The notes beneath the pieces were generated by a model. That model had not been told where the DNA came from. It was given only the letters and a program-made list of their open reading frames with translations, and did no database searches. From positions 4,088,013-4,152,012 of the forward strand of contig NW_019091360.1 in NCBI RefSeq assembly GCF_001949145.1: a stretch of 64,000 bases of DNA, in the 5' to 3' direction. This document shows positions 27,741 to 42,361 of this stretch, piece after piece (the stretch's first letter is position 1; each line of letters opens with the position of its first letter). The translations under genes and the position numbers were made by a program. Origin of the DNA: Acanthaster planci. Lineage: Eukaryota.

Positions 27741-30700
27741 CAGAACTCTGATCATCATGAAATTATGTCAAAGTTGGGTGATAAACCGAAACAGTTTGGG
27801 TTCATTTGATGCACATTTGTATGTACATGTTAAAAGTCAGTTTCTCCTTGAATGCATCGTCTCTCTCTGATGCCTTCACTTCCACTTTATTTGAATATAC
27901 CAGTCAATTAATATGAATATTTGCATTCTATCTTTGAAGTTGCATCAAATGTGCAAGCTGATTTGGCACACAACAGCTCAGATCCACATGACATCTGTAT
28001 TCTTCCTTACTCAAGATTTATGACGACTCATTAGTAGGCACAGCACAACTGGGCCAGTCCTCATTATCACACTGCCACACATTTAGAGTAGCCATCCTCA
28101 AGCACATAATCAAGTTTGGGGCCCTAAAATGTCAAGATAAGATCTTGCTCTTGACTGCCACAGTGTTCCCTAGGCAGGTCTTGTCTTGGCCTGCCTCAGG
28201 GGAATTAAGGAGAAGGCTGGAGGGCAAATTAGCCACAGTGCCACAAGAGTTCCCACTCTCAATGACTGCTAGCTGCCTGTTTAGTCTCCACCAGTCTTTG
28301 CATTTAGCCTAGGTATTGGATCATCGCATGCACCAGCCACTGACAAATCTGCAAAGTGGCTCACAAATCGCCGCATTCAATACTTCAACATCATAATTCA
28401 ATGTTGTCACCATTCCATGGTTGTGTTCATCCTATCTTGTTATCCAACACTGTTCATGAAAGTTTCATACTCCTCTGTCATTCTCCATCTTTTATTGATA
28501 TTTGTTTATGTCTGGATCCTTTTAGGATCACTGTACTTTCATTGCAGTAATTTGCCTCACAAAACATTTTTCTAAATGGTGAAAGAACTGCCACAGACTT
28601 ACATAAGCATGTACAATGTAAGTTATAATCAGTGTGAAATATTTCATACTCACAATTCGTATCTCAGATGCCAAGTTGTTCAATGGATTATAACCAATTT
28701 TCCGATACTGTAAGCAGATACAGAAACTCATGTGGATTTTTATACATGTAGGCCTGTTCATTACCTTTGAACCTACGCCAAGTTGGTTGTTGGCCTGATC
28801 ATGATCAATCTTACATGTAATGTCTTTTTGATTACAATCAGGTCTGAAGATGTCAATTACCCATGTAAAATTAATGCATTCATGTTAATTCACTGTTACA
28901 GATCAATTTTTCAGGCGGTGGCTTCGGCTTTGCAATTTCTATTGAGCACTTATTGCAATACTCAGTCAATTAATTTAATACACACTGGTGCCGACACACT
29001 GAACATGTACTGCGTATCACATGCAATGGAAGGATAGTGTTTATGTTATAAAATGCCTACAGGCAACTTGGGTAAAGTACTGTACCTGTATGAAAAACAA
29101 AACAATTTCAGACAAGAGAATTTTAGGACAAACTTCAATTTCCCTTTTATTAAAAAATTAAATAACCTCATATTTTTGCCACCTGTAGGCCTCCTATTTA
29201 ATCTATTTTAAGAGCATTTGGGTTCCTCTGTATTTTATGTTGATGAAGATTTGTGCATTAATAAAAGAAATGGATAAAGGGAGTAAGCAACAGACGAAAG
29301 CAGAGAAAGAAATGAAACCTTGACCCAGACAGAAACCTCAATGTTACAGTGATTTCAGTACAAACAGTCTAAGCATTTCAGACATTTTGCTCTCTTAAAC
29401 TTTCTCTTCTTTGCTAATTCGGTCTTGTTTCATTTTGTGACAGTAGGCCAGTAACTAAGATTTTTCAAAAAGGCAGCCAAATTTTGTGTTCAAAATTGGA
29501 ATAGAAAACCCTGTATACGTGTAACTCAGTCTTTCAGAAATGATAACATACCAAAAGCATTATTTGTTCGGAAAGATAAGGACAATTTTAAATGTCAAAA
29601 TAATCATTTTTCAATATGACTGAATAAAGAGGATGTAAAATACATGTATTTCTCATACATCTAAGAGGAATGGAAAGATGCCCAAGACATATTCAAGTAC
29701 GACTTTTGACCTACATACCGATGTATGCCCTCCAAACAAAAATCATCGGGTGTTTTTTTTCCATGCCTACTGATTTATCCATGGAGCCATCAAAAGGATC
29801 TCAACATGACTGTGATAGTCTCCTGAGAATAACAGGTTGCCAGTTGGCTTGCATTAAAAGCTTAACGTTAATGAAATCAAGACAATAAACAATTCCAACC
29901 AAGGCAACAGCCTACTGGTGAAAGGCAGTACATTACCGATTGATTTTGTTTGCCGATATCAGTGTCCATCTTACAGCTGATCACCTGATCAACCAACATG
30001 CCCGATGGGACCGTCTAGACATGCGGGTACTGTATTTGTGTGCTGGCCGATGCATCATTGAAACCTAAATTGTAAATCCTCTTGGTAAGGATAATCCAGT
30101 CTTCTGGAACATGGTTACTTCCTGGCGGATCCGCCACTCTATAATGTACTGGTAATGCTTTCGATGACATTACTCAGACATCATCACTACCGGTAACTAT
30201 TTAGTTCAGCTTTCCTTTTCTAACTCTGTGGGTTAGCTAGTCTACCTGGAGTCTACCTGGATTGATTTGGATCAGTGCACGTATGAGACAGTGACAAACA
30301 TACATGTAGCCTAGATTTTTTTTTTATTTTTACGTCATTTTACATTTTGTAAGGTTTTAATATCAATATTTTTTCTTTATGTACAGCCTGTAGAAACCTG
30401 TCTCTCTTTGATGTAATGGGCTTAAAAAATTATTATTATTACTATTTAGGTCAGATATCGCATGATCCATATACCTGTGTAGAAGCTGAAGTGATATGTA
30501 CATGTACCAGTAGTGTCTATGGAATGCCTAGGATTACAGCATCAGAACAGTAAAACAACAGCGTTTATAGCTTTTCATACAAAATATGAATTCAGACCTG
30601 GAAGCAAAAAGCACTCAATCTATCACATACTTCTTCAGCCGGAAAGCTGACATGTCTACTCTTTTCAGCAATCAAGACTGGCATGGCAGATTGGTCTAAG

Positions 30701-30999
30701 AGCAGGGCAGTGTCTACAGTAATATACAAGTGATTTGACAATAAGTTCCCATTGCGATGTTTTAAAAGGCCATTAAAGTCCAACAACTGTATGATTTTTA
30801 TGTCACCAACTACAAAGTGCAATATGTACATGTAGTAATTCTGGTCAAAGCACTGTGCCGTAGTGTACCGTACAGGGTTGAGATCATGCACAAACAGTCT
30901 CCTGGATGCAGATCAATAAGGTGTTAAGAGCAGGGTTATAGTGGTTCAAACTTGGATCTGAAGAACGGGGGGGGGGGAGGGAGGGAAAATCAATGATGT

Positions 31000-31360
31000 A
31001 GACTCAGTATCTGGAATGCGGGTGAAGATTTGGGTAGCTAAGAGATGAGACTCGCATCATCTCTTGATGTTCACCACTGATATCACCTAAAATTCTTCAT
31101 ACAATCTTGCAGAAACTAACTTTGTAGAAAGAACGATCAGATGTATCTGTGAAATTTATGATGCTTGGTTGTGGTACATACATCAATTAAGTTGGAGTGG
31201 AAGGAGCAGATTTTCTGCTTTCAAAGGGTTCCGAATGATGTATGCATATCGGTGGTCCATCCACAGAATGCTGTTAATTGATTCCACTTTCAAAATCATT
31301 GATTGAAACCCCCAACTCTCTCAGATTCCTCAAAATCCATAATGTTTGGGAGGATTTTCA
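31000..31360 (-). mobile_element. Degraded CR1/L2 LINE C-terminal fragment
   Basis: Minus strand LWILRNLRELGVSIND... and later RILG resemble the L.ILR.LK..G....DL ... RIILG motif following the RT. Confidence 0.45.
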
Positions 31361-33999
31361 AGGACTACAGAGGGGAAAGCCTAGCCAATACTTTGCATGT
31401 GCTATTGATGATGCCCCATAGAAAGCTCTAATCAGGTTTGCTTTCAAGCCATGAGAAAATCGCCACATCAATAACAAGTCATTCGGTGCAATAGTGGAGG
31501 ATTTTGGAGAATCGGACAAAAGAAAAATGATGGCATGCACATAACAAGTTAACTCTGTAAACCCAACAGGTCACGCGATACCAGTTCAGTTTCACTTTGT
31601 CAGTGAATACAGCATATCACCACCCATCCAAACAGGTGCATACAGTCCTATTGTCAGTCCTTTTCAACCGCAGCCTTCCCCAGCCTAAGGATTTGAAAGT
31701 CGATCAGTGTGCAATCCCTTCTCCTGGCAAACGACAACACGCCCAGCAAGCAATTCGCATCAGCCTCCCTATTGACTGGGCTCAGATGGATCCCTGACAA
31801 TCTACTGGATGAAGGGACTTGGGGGCAATATCTGTATCATATACATGTAGTAGTATCCTGCGCTCTGGAGGAAGTATTTGGAGTCTACGCACAGCTTTGA
31901 ATATGGATATGCTTGGTCCCTACAGGGCATAATATGCAGCATACCAAATACAGCACAAAACTGAAGCCAAAGACATGATACTCTCCGTGTAAAGAGAGCA
32001 AAACAGAATCAGTACCAGTGAACATGACATAAAATGTCCATGCCTTCCTCAGTGACTGCAGCGGATGTTACATTAACCCTTTTCATGCATACGCTTTTTC
32101 AAAGTTTTTATCTTTAACCTTTTCAAAATGAAGAAAGACATTCAAATCACTTTTCCTCACTTTAATACTTTATGTGCACAGCATTCAGAGCTACCAGGTA
32201 ACAACATTCAACAGGTCTTTCATCTTCATTTCATCTTGTTCTCTCCATCTCAGAACTCACAAGAGTTACATGTACCGGCTTGTGGTGACGCCATCAAACT
32301 AATTTCATCCATGTACATGTGCATGTACATGTAAGTCTCACGTTGTTATACTGGTGAAAGTCAGAGAAAATAGCGACATGTCATTAAAGGCAAAGGTTGC
32401 AGACCGGTGTCTTTCAGATGAAGCTTGTTGAGGAAAAACTTGAGCACAGCACAGGAGATTCTAACTTCTAACTAAACTAGGAAGTCGTAAAAGGAACCAA
32501 CGAAAATGCAAACCACGGACAGACAGAGCCTGCGATTGACAAGTATCTGGAGACTGCAATCAATAACGTATTGATGGGATGAGCATCACTTGGATGCTAA
32601 CTCAAGTATTGACTGAAGATTGCATCCTACATTGCTTGCACACCTACTGCACGTCTAGATGGGATCAGGTTCCAAAGGGATTGAATTTGCATCATCTTAC
32701 ACAGAACTAAAGTACTTACTGATTGAAGAGGTTATTCAAGACCCACATCTGAGGCAGTAGTACATAGGTACCTCCCCCTCCATCCCTGCCTCCCTTGAAA
32801 AATCTGGGAGGACACAATGAAATCCTTGAATGATTTTACTATTCAAAATAACTAATTGCACATCATGAAACTTATCTTTATAACTGACCTATCCTCTCCT
32901 AGCAGGAACAAGAAAGGACGTGTTTTAACATTGAAACACCATCCTTGGGCGAGCATACGGGTTTATGCACATTTGTTGCTGAGCGCTGCGCACCCAATTT
33001 ATGTTGGAATGTTGTTGCCGTGCGCTTCGGACGCATGCATTATCGCAATTTAAAAACTTCCCTCCAGCCTGTCTCTTTTTTGCCGTTGAGGGTGTACTTC
33101 AACTCAGGGCAGATAAATCTTGCACACTTACATGTATATACATGTCCATGCATTCATTAGCAATCCCACTGTGTGGCAAGTAAAATTTAACTCTGACAAA
33201 AAGGATAGAGTGGCTTATTGAGAAACACACAATGCACACGAACTACAAGTATTTATGCAGACAAATAACAACTGAATGCAATCATGGAAATAGTAGGCAG
33301 TCCAATTTATACATAATTTACACACAAGTTGGAAACTGCTTGGTCCATCAATAATCTCTCCACAATCACAATGCCCAACGAGAAGAACGGAAGACCCAAC
33401 ACTGAAGCATACAACTCAGCCAGTCAGTCCCTGATACATACCGCTAATGAGACTACTGATTGGTTAGATTACGGTTTCACTGCAATAGCTTTGAAATATC
33501 ACTCAGATTTCTAAGCACAATAGTTCCTTCCATTCTGCCAGTTCTCAGTGTTAAAAATCCCACAGGAAAACCACTGTGTATTTGTTTCTTTTATGACAAG
33601 GAATATATCCTTCATCAGTCACTTTGTAAATGTACTCTTAGTACATTTACATGCACATCACCTCAGCCTATGTAATCCTCTCTAAACAATTATCCTACAT
33701 GCCACACTGCATGACCTGATGAATCAATAGAAACTGCCTTGAGGCCTCAACTCACATCGTCAAGTCTTAATTTAACACTCTTTCTGCGTTCCATTTCAAG
33801 TGCGAACGAGGACTTACACGAAAAGTTAATAAAATTCCACTTTGATCAAATAAAAACAAATCTTTGTTGATATCATGCCTGACAGATTGTGTGCCCTTTA
33901 AAGCACAGAACGTTATGCTACCGAGCAATAAAAGGAAAGCTGTACTTCTACTTGTATGCTGAAACTAACTGTGGCAAAGCTGTTGTATTTGCATGTTTA

Positions 34000-34293
34000 T
34001 GATGTACAGCTTCTCCAGGTATTCCATGGGAGACCAACCAAGATACAATGATCCCAGATTTATGTACACCTGCTGATTGAGTGTGTCTACCAGCTCCCTG
34101 TAGAGCAACACAAGTGTCAAGTTTGTACATGTGGTGCTGCGCAATAGACAGCCCATCACATCATCAGATCATGTATGACTGCCCTGTCTGCAGCCCTCCA
34201 GAGCTTGTGGACTTCAACAAATCCAACCCCGCTACAACAGGATGGCTCCAACTGCTGTACAATATCGCTTCATGTCTCATACAAAAGAAGAAG
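34000..34293 (+). mobile_element. 3' fragment of an I-group (Vingi/Ingi-like) non-LTR retrotransposon
   Basis: CTCGAAQ*TAHHI / IMYDCP zinc-knuckle-like CxC...H...CP, then ATTGWL, ending in a CATACAAAAGAAGAAG tail. Confidence 0.55.
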
Positions 34294-35809
34294 TTTGATC
34301 ACATGTAAGTCCTCCACAGTGGTTTGATAAGATGTTCTAATTGCATAGCGCTGCTGGCCACTATCTGCTCCTAGCCGCATGACAATAAGAAAGGCTCAAA
34401 CCTTTCTACAAACAACTCATCTCAGTGGACTATGAAGTTACATATACACCAGAAATTATTATCAGGCATCTGATAAAATGTTGATAATATAACCAGGAGG
34501 ATTCAACCTCAAAGAGGCTTGAAACCACAACAATCATTGCTCACCTTTTACAAACTGACCCGTACTGCCTTTAGAAATCTTCAAGGAGAAAGTCCCTGGG
34601 CTCCTTTGCAGAAGAAAGCATGAACTTAGGATAAAAATGCCAGTTTCAAGATTGGAGTGGCAGCAGTTCAGGAGAAAAAAATCTAAATGCACAGACAAGT
34701 TACAGTTCTTGTTCCTCTAAAATGCCAAGAGAACCAGTCAAAGCTAATTGTCTGACGAGGCTTAACGCCTCAAGACATAAATCCCTGACCATTTCCCATT
34801 CTCAGAGATGATAGAGAGGAATAATTGTCGTGCTGAACTGCTTGAATATTAAACAGGGCTAAAGGCCCATGCTTGATCTTTTTTTTTGTCTCTGTATATG
34901 CAACTATGGCCTGTAGCTAAGGCCTAGCTTGGAGGGTAACTAACGTGCTAATTTGCAGGTGTATCAACAGAAGTGCCTCAAGGTGGATGGATGAGACAGT
35001 CAACAAACAAGCTGGGGGAAACATTAATGTGGCAAACAGCTTGCGATTCACTTAAGGAGTGCAGAAAAACATTGCAAACAGCAGGTTGATAATTACTGAC
35101 AATACTCACTTGCAGAAGTTGTGTAGTCTAATTTTAAACTTGGACAGATGAGAAAAAAATGTAAACTGAATTCCCCAATAGCAATGCACTTCACAATTTC
35201 TTTCAACATCCCAGTTAGTCCAAATCTACAGTTTATAAACAGCTGCAGGAAACATACAGGTACAACTGCAAACATGTCAACAGATGCAAAATATCCAAAA
35301 TATGAAAAAAGTGTGATGGTTCTTATTAGCATAAAAGCAAGAAGCACCAGAAATGAAGCTCTTCCATATTAAACTGCTTGAAATCCTACACGCTTTCCTT
35401 ACCCAGCAAAAGACACAAACCAGACAACTAGGATGTTAATTAAATTTCCCAACAATAAATTCAATCACGCTATCACGCACACAGTCTGGTGTAATCAAGT
35501 AGGAAGAGGTCATTTGGGTACCCCGAGTGTGAAATGGAGATAGTCCATCGTTTCTGCAATTCCAAAGATTACCTCATCTCAATTCCATCTATTTGTTCCA
35601 TAAAGGCAGGTTATCTTGGTATTCAGTCTGTCATACATATTGTAAATCATCAACCTGCAAGCTATTTTCCGCAACCTAGGCTTCTCATTGCTGTGACTGC
35701 ACCTGTGCATGTGAATTATTTAATTATCTAATGGACAGAATGGATTTCTAATTGATCATTAATAAGAGCCACCCAAATATCTAAACAGCTTTAAGGTAAA
35801 CGGAACATA

Positions 35810-37306
35810 GGGCCCTTTCACATGAGGGCTGGAAACACACATCTGCAATGGTTGGCGCCAAGTGCCTGTCGCAAGGGATGCCTGTGATTGAATCGCAAGC
35901 TTTCACATAGAGCAATGCAGCACGTTCCTAAACGTCCCCTGTGTTGCCACATTCACAACCATATTGCTGGTAGAGCAGTATTCTGGTACCAGAGATTTTC
36001 ACCCCACACGCGTACTTTTTAATGCAGGTTTTCACAAATACTTGTGCACGAATTTGGCAATAATAAAATCCTATTTGCTTGTTGGAGGCAGCCCTAGCCA
36101 TACACCTCTGTCTTTTAGATTTTATATTTCAGTTTTTTGAAAGCCCTGGGCATCTTATGTTCATCAGACTCATGAGTACGAGTTGCCCCATGAGCAAGGT
36201 TTTCACTGGCAGTTAGTGATAGCCTTGTGACCATCAAAGACGGTATAGCACCCTGTATGACAATATAATATCAAGGACTCCCTTCATAAATTGAGTAGAC
36301 CGATTGCTTGATAGAACAGGCGTCACATTTGTAAAAGTGAGGTATTGAGTTTGATCCTCAGAAATCCTTTGAATTCTTCCTTTTAATTTAAATTTCTGAT
36401 TCATCGCTGCAAAGGAAATTTTTTAAAAGTGAAAGTAAAATCCAAAATGTTTAATGGGAAAGTGCATGTGTAATGCCTGAGCTTCATAGGTCTAGTACCT
36501 GTCCCTAAAGTATAAAAACGCTATGCTAATGCCCTCATTGAACCAGACGGTAACCACGCTCTCGATAACTGGCAGTATATTTTGTATACCCAGCAAGAAA
36601 TGAGACCGAGGGGTACCCCCCAACATGTCCAATCCCTATACACATTCCAGACTATTGTTACTTAACACATCCCCCCCAAGATGTCTGAAAGGAATTCCCC
36701 AGATTCCTGCGAGACAATGACCAACACGAAGCAGGGGGGGTTCTCTCCGTCTCATACCTTGCTGTATATGTATTTTTGTAAACAGCCATTTTGTACAACG
36801 GCGACAGCAAAGGTGCGCATGCCTAATGGACTGAAATGCACAGTACCCTTGTGACAATTGTACCCTTTACAATCTCATGACCCATCCTGGTGATCATCGC
36901 ACGACTTTCACCTTTCTTTCACCAGACTTTCATCTGGGCAACGAACACACAAGGACCCATGCAGCTTGGTTGCAGGGATGTATTGTCATATCCATGACGT
37001 GATATGTCTGTGATTGTGACATTGATGTGATATCAATCTTCTTGGAATAATCCTGAAAATCCGCCCTCTTAGCAAAAGAATAAAACCGACCGATTATTCC
37101 TTTAACCTTACTTGCACAGACCGGTTTCCCTTATTTTCTCATCCATAGAAACACTTCTCTTAACCTTGCAAAACAGCCTGGAAAAAATGAAATTCATGGT
37201 GGCGGCCGAACTCCACTCCACCAAACTTAAGAGGCAGAGGCAACATGTATGATTACGCCCCTCTGCTATACACATGCACAGGACCCGTGGTTTTGTGAAA
37301 GGGCCT
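35810..37306. mobile_element. Non-autonomous PIF/Harbinger-like DNA element (~1.5 kb)
   Basis: Left GGGCCCTTTCACA; right TGTGAAAGGGCCT (12-bp perfect inverted match). CpG-richer interior than flanks; TSD not conserved. Confidence 0.5.
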
Positions 37307-38039
37307 TTTGAAACAGCACTGATAAAAGTAGTGTCACATGCAACTTAGTCAAAATCACTTTTTAGTTGCAATCCACAAAAAATTGTTTAATCTTCTTGAA
37401 AAACCAGTTCTCTCTCTAATAAAGGAAGACTTTTCAAAACAGACGGCCCTCATGTCAGTAGAGTAGTCACCAACCTAAAGGTCTTTAATAAAGAACAAAA
37501 GTGCACCTTTTTTGTAGAAACAAAGCAATGTGAGTCTATAACTATCACACACATCAAAACCTGAGCAACCTCAAAAATCATACAAATCACATAAAATGAA
37601 AAAAGGTTCCATGCAGGGTTAGATCTGAAGAAAACACAAGGAGTGACACCATCATAGCTTCATATAAAAAGGATGATTTATAAAATCAACTCACCTTTCC
37701 AAATCTTGAAAAGTTGAAATGAAGAAATTTCTTTCCAGATGAGCTAACCTTATGACATTTCCAACCGAAGCCGCAGAGGAAAGTGATCTCTCACAGCGCT
37801 TAGATCCACAAAATGAGTTTCTTGTTCTTTCATCAGAAAATGTCAAATTTATTTTCCTTTGCTGTGAATGTCAATAAACAAAAGAGCAGTGATTAATTTT
37901 TTTTACTTGCTGCACATATTTCCAGCACCAATCATAATTTTTTTTTTCAGTGCTAAACTTAAACAATCATTCAAAATTCAACTGACATTACAAATATGCG
38001 GCAGTATTGTTCACAGTTCATTTCCTAGCAAAAAGAAAA

Positions 38040-38411
38040 TTACTTTATAATATGACACCAATCTGCGTTACTTAAATCCCAGATAAAATCCTGTGGTGCC
38101 CCATCACTGCCGGTATCCATGAAGATTAACCTGTAAGTACAGGAACATCCCAATACAGGTTTGTAATTCCAAACACGTTGAGGTAAGGCCACCAGAATGG
38201 GTTGTCCACAGCCTAGGAGCACAGACAGTAATAGTAATAGATTCTGAGACGGATTAACAGTGAATATATGTAAGCCTGCAGGTATCCTCGATGACTTGAT
38301 AGCAGAGAGCTGGGCAGTAATGTGGTGAGAGTACTGCAAGTATTTCACTGCTAAGTGGAGGACTGACGAGCCATAGGACGCAGCTGAGAGGAAAGTGGGC
38401 CAGCCCACCAC
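38040..38411 (-). mobile_element. Degraded CR1 endonuclease C-terminus/linker fragment
   Basis: ORF 38040-38411 contains LHIFTVNP...QRVWNYK...FIWDLSNADW, resembling the CR1 LDLIFT.NP...R.VW.Y...F...L...DW pattern. Confidence 0.5.
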
Positions 38412-39280
38412 TGTCAGTCCAGGAATATCATTTGCATGGGGAAATTGTCTAGGATGTAACCGTAGTAATATTTATGCATCAGGCAAGATTAGACATAAAC
38501 AAAGGTTTCTTTGTTGAGGCGCCATGCCAGCGGCCATTTTCATTAGTTTTTTTACTTTGCCTTTGGCAATTTTTTTCCCCATGAAATATACCTCCTCTAT
38601 TCATTTTCTTCAGGGAATTTTTTTTAAGGAATGGAAGTAGAATTAATCAGTGAGCAAGTGAGAAGAATACTCAAAGCATGCAACAAACCAAATACATGAA
38701 TCAAATCATAATAAATAAATTTAGTATCTTTTTGGATTCAGACCATGTTGATTCTGCATACTTTTTTTCTCAGAATACAGTCAGAGTATTATCTATCACA
38801 ATGATTTCATCTTAAATCTTAAACCTAAATGTTGTCATCTAATTTATCAAATGTACAATCCAATTTTATGTAATGTTACTCAGTTAAATGGCCAGATATA
38901 TTCAGTACAGTGAGCGTGTTTGGTTACATTGTAAAGAATACCGGTATGTCTACTGTGCAATTACTCTAATTAATACTAAGGCTAAGTTTAGAAACATTCT
39001 TCATCATTCGTCTCTATGCTATAAGGAACTCCTTTACATGTACCTTCATCAATTTCAAAAAATCTTTCCAGACACACACATGCACCATTCTGAAAGTTAG
39101 TCAATTTCTGTGATTGGGAGAGGGCAGGTTGCCAAATTGATTTTAACAGGGCACAAAAACTAATGTGGTGAACACATTAAAGAAACAGTTTTTTAGTACA
39201 AAAATTTATTAATCCCTTGGTTTTTACAGTGATATTCTGCCCCTCATTTAAAACTTTATAGTAATGGCACCCCTATAAAC

Positions 39281-39651
39281 TAAGTTGATCAGTCCATGTA
39301 GCTTCTTCTTGTCTTTAGTATTGTGGCTATTTACCTGGATTCGGAGTCCCACTGGGCTCTTTGTTCACTAAGCTACCGGTTCTTTTGAAATTTGGGATCT
39401 ACATGTAATTACTGGTGGGTTCTCAAAGTACTATTGGAATCAGTAAAAAAAAAGGGAAAGCTTTTTATTTTAACCCTCTGGATTATAATGAGATGTCCTA
39501 CCCCTCACAGTCAAAACTTTTTACAGTATTATCCCCCCTACATACAAAGTTGATCAGGCCAAGAGTCTTCTTGCCATTCCATTATGTAACCAGCAGTCTG
39601 GAGTCCACTAGGCTCCTTGCTGGTTAATGTCCTTTTGAAATTTGGGATCTA
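39281..39651. repeat. Diverged direct duplication (~110-120 bp units ~250 bp apart)
   Basis: AAGTTGATCAG...CTTCTTG...GGAGTCC...GGCTC...CTTTTGAAATTTGGGATCTA at 39282-39401 and 39547-39651; last 20 bp identical. Confidence 0.7.
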
Positions 39652-40374
39652 TTATGCAAAGTTAGATAAGAGTTGGGAGTTCCAGTCCCCTGCATAACTC
39701 CACCCCCTTTACCCCAGATGTATATCACAATAACTAGAATCCAAGATGAATTGTGCCTCTAGATGTTTCTTCATCTTTCTATTATTTCTTTGGTTCGTCA
39801 GGTTAAGCATTAGAAAACTCCCCCTCTTGTTATTTAAAGTTGTCTGGGCATTCTGTTGGGAATTGTGAAAAGAAGCAGTGCTGAGTGGAGTTACAGTATA
39901 AGGATTCAGAATTAGAATACGGCATGCTACTGATGAGAAAGGTTGGTGCTGGAGCTCTTCAGGTTCAAACTTTGGTCTCGGTGGCCACTTCAGACAAAAT
40001 TTTGGCAAATTTTTCCAAACAGTTCGACGCAACATTAGGTGTCCGAAAAGATAGTTAGTTACACAGACTCTTACATTTAAAGCATTTGAGGCTGAGAAAA
40101 CTACGCAGAGAGGTTCATCTTCAGATCAAGTCCATGAAGGAGGACTCAACTGGATGTACATGTAGAAGCACTTCTTGTGAAGAAACTCGTAAGGTGAATT
40201 CTTCATTTACAAAGATATTCATACAATTTCTACTGAATTTTGAAGAAATTTTTCAAACCAGTTTATTTGCTAAGTTGTTGAGTTCAGGGGTGAGATTTTA
40301 AGGAAATAGAATATCCATGAAACGATCTCCAGAGGTGTAGAGTGTCCCAAAGCAACATTTGGTCTGTGGTAATG

Positions 40375-40615
40375 ATTTGTATTTTTACCAGTAACTGTTC
40401 ATCCAACAGCGCACTTGGCGCCAATTACAAGATAAAGTGACAATTAAACAGACAAATGTTCAGTTTTAGAGGTAGGAGAATCCAGAATCAATATGCCATG
40501 GAAAACCCATGGAGTCAGGTAGGGACTGAAAACCCAATCCACATGCTGACCTAGGTGGGATTCGAACCTGGGTCACAGAGGTAGAAAGAGAGGAACAAGC
40601 CACTACACCAACCTG
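40375..40615 (-). mobile_element. tRNA-derived SINE (second family)
   Basis: Minus strand: A box TGGTGTAGTGG, B box GGTTCGAATCC (plus 40558-40568), then body ATGTGGATTGGGTTTTCAGTCCCTACCTGAC... 3' boundary approximate. Confidence 0.75.
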
Positions 40616-40941
40616 CCTGAAGGCACCCCCATAAAACACCCATTACTTGTGTTCTGTGTCCCCTTTCACTGACCTGTAAAAACACCATAGATCCCCAACA
40701 GTCCATAATTCTCCGATTTCAATAAGATTTTACATACACCTTGCGTTAAACGGTAAACTCGGACTTTTCCCAATTTCTGTTTGAAAAGTCCTAAAATCAG
40801 GTCATGACATTCTAACAAACCTCATGCTTGTAAGTTCTATTTGTTAAAATGATTTAAGAACTGGATGTCAAAGTCTATTAAACTACTGACTGCCAAGTTA
40901 CAGTGAATACTGAAATGATGGTGATTGAATGTATCATAACT

Positions 40942-41126
40942 GGGAAAAGACGTCCTGTGCACGAACTCTATGAAACTGGGCTGAAGAATTTTTAACTGTT
41001 TTCTAAGTAATTGACTTGGTTTTTCCCCTCCTAAATAGAACTTTTCTGGACATGTTTTTGCCTTCTGATGGCTAATAGGTCACTGTGGGGAATAATCACT
41101 GGCATCCATATCTGGAACTCTTTCCC
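40942..41126 (-). mobile_element. MITE family 'GGGAAAGAGTTCC' copy 1
   Basis: Reverse complement aligns to 41673-41853 and 42171-42361 (GACCTATTAGCCATCAGAA, AACCAAGTCA.TTACT). Confidence 0.75.
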
Positions 41127-41672
41127 AAAGAAAAACCAACCATTTTTATCTCAACCCTGCCTCTTCAACATGACCAAGAAACAGAAAAGGGCACTCTTTC
41201 CAATGTTGTGGCAGAAAACGCAGACGTTCTTGTGCATTACACACCAGTTGGGAATTTGCATTTGCCTGCAACACTTGGGTTGTAAATGTGCGTACATAGT
41301 GGCAGCCACTGAAGCAGATCAGTAATGTTCCAAGCCCCATCATTGGCTAACGTATTTTCAACTGTTCAAGTCTTGTCAGTCCCCCAAAAACCAAGGCAAT
41401 GCTCTCTTTATTAAGCTGACCCTATTTGTTGGAAATTTCAAATTGTAAATTGTGAGGAAATGTGGCTTTCTAGTTGTAAACAAGCCATTAAAATTCAAGC
41501 CCACCATGTGTTGTGTTAAAACACCCGGTTTCATCTCCAAATTCCCCTCAAAACTCAAAGCCCTGCCCTTTTTGACATCAATCTTATAGATATTGAGCAT
41601 GACGTCCGTCATCTTCCAAGGTGAATTCAATAGTTGAAATGTAGCTCTCCCTTCTATTATAGGAACAGGGTC

Positions 41673-41853
41673 CAGGAAGTTTTCCATGTATGGACGCCAG
41701 TAATTATTCCCTACGCTGACCTATTAGCCATCAGAAAGCAAAAACATGTCCAGAAAAGTTCAATTTAGGAAAGAAAAAAACCAAGTCATTTACTCAGAAA
41801 CACTTACAATTTTTCAGACCAGTCTCATGGGATTTGGTCACAGGGTGTCGAGT
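41673..41853 (+). mobile_element. MITE family 'GGGAAAGAGTTCC' copy 2 (right TIR missing)
   Basis: Collinear with 42171-42336. Confidence 0.75.
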
Positions 41854-41914
41854 TTTAATTTCTTCAAACCTAGATGGCCAGTCGCAAGTGCTACTCCAAG
41901 GCTACCATGCACTA

Positions 41915-41980
41915 CCTGGTCTGAATGGACACCTCTACCCCAAGCTCCTGGTCTGAATGGACACTGCTACCCAAGCTCCT
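41915..41980. repeat. Tandem duplication, 2 x ~32 bp
   Basis: CCTGGTCTGAATGGACAC..CTACCC(C)AAGCT occurs twice. Confidence 0.85.
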
Positions 41981-42170
41981 ATGCAAGGCATCCTAGTGAG
42001 TAAGTTCCCTGTTCAGCAACATTACAGAGCTGCAAACCTACCATTTCAGGGACTCCTGACAAAGTGGCTTCATCTGCTTAGGGTCAGCACTGAATTTTAA
42101 GTAATGTCACTATCGTACATGCAAGCAAATTTCAGAAAACCAGAAACATTAATTACATGCAAATTATTTT

Positions 42171-42361
42171 GGGAAGAGTTCCATACATGAACGCCGGTAA
42201 TTATTCCCTACAGTCACCTATTAGCCGTCAGAAAGGAAAAGTTTAATTTAGAAAGGAAAAAACCAAGTCATTTACTTAGAAAACACTTAATATTTTACAG
42301 ACCAGTCTCATAGGGTTTGTGCACAGGGTGTCAAGTGGCATCCGTATATGGGACTCTTTCC
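42171..42361 (+). mobile_element. MITE family 'GGGAAAGAGTTCC' copy 3 (complete, ~190 bp)
   Basis: Left GGGAAGAGTTCCATACATGAACGCC; right GGCATCCGTATATGGGACTCTTTCC (inverted). Flanked on both sides by ATTATTTT. Confidence 0.8.

Noticed and set aside
34745..34800. Hammerhead-ribozyme-like CTGACGAG-GC-TTAAC-GCC
   Set aside because: The obligatory GAAA after stem II is absent (TCAAGAC follows), and stems I and III could not be formed.
39700..40340. Possible Penelope-like element N-terminal remnant on the minus strand (LLHGLDLKMNLSA)
   Set aside because: Similarity is too short and broken to support without a profile search.
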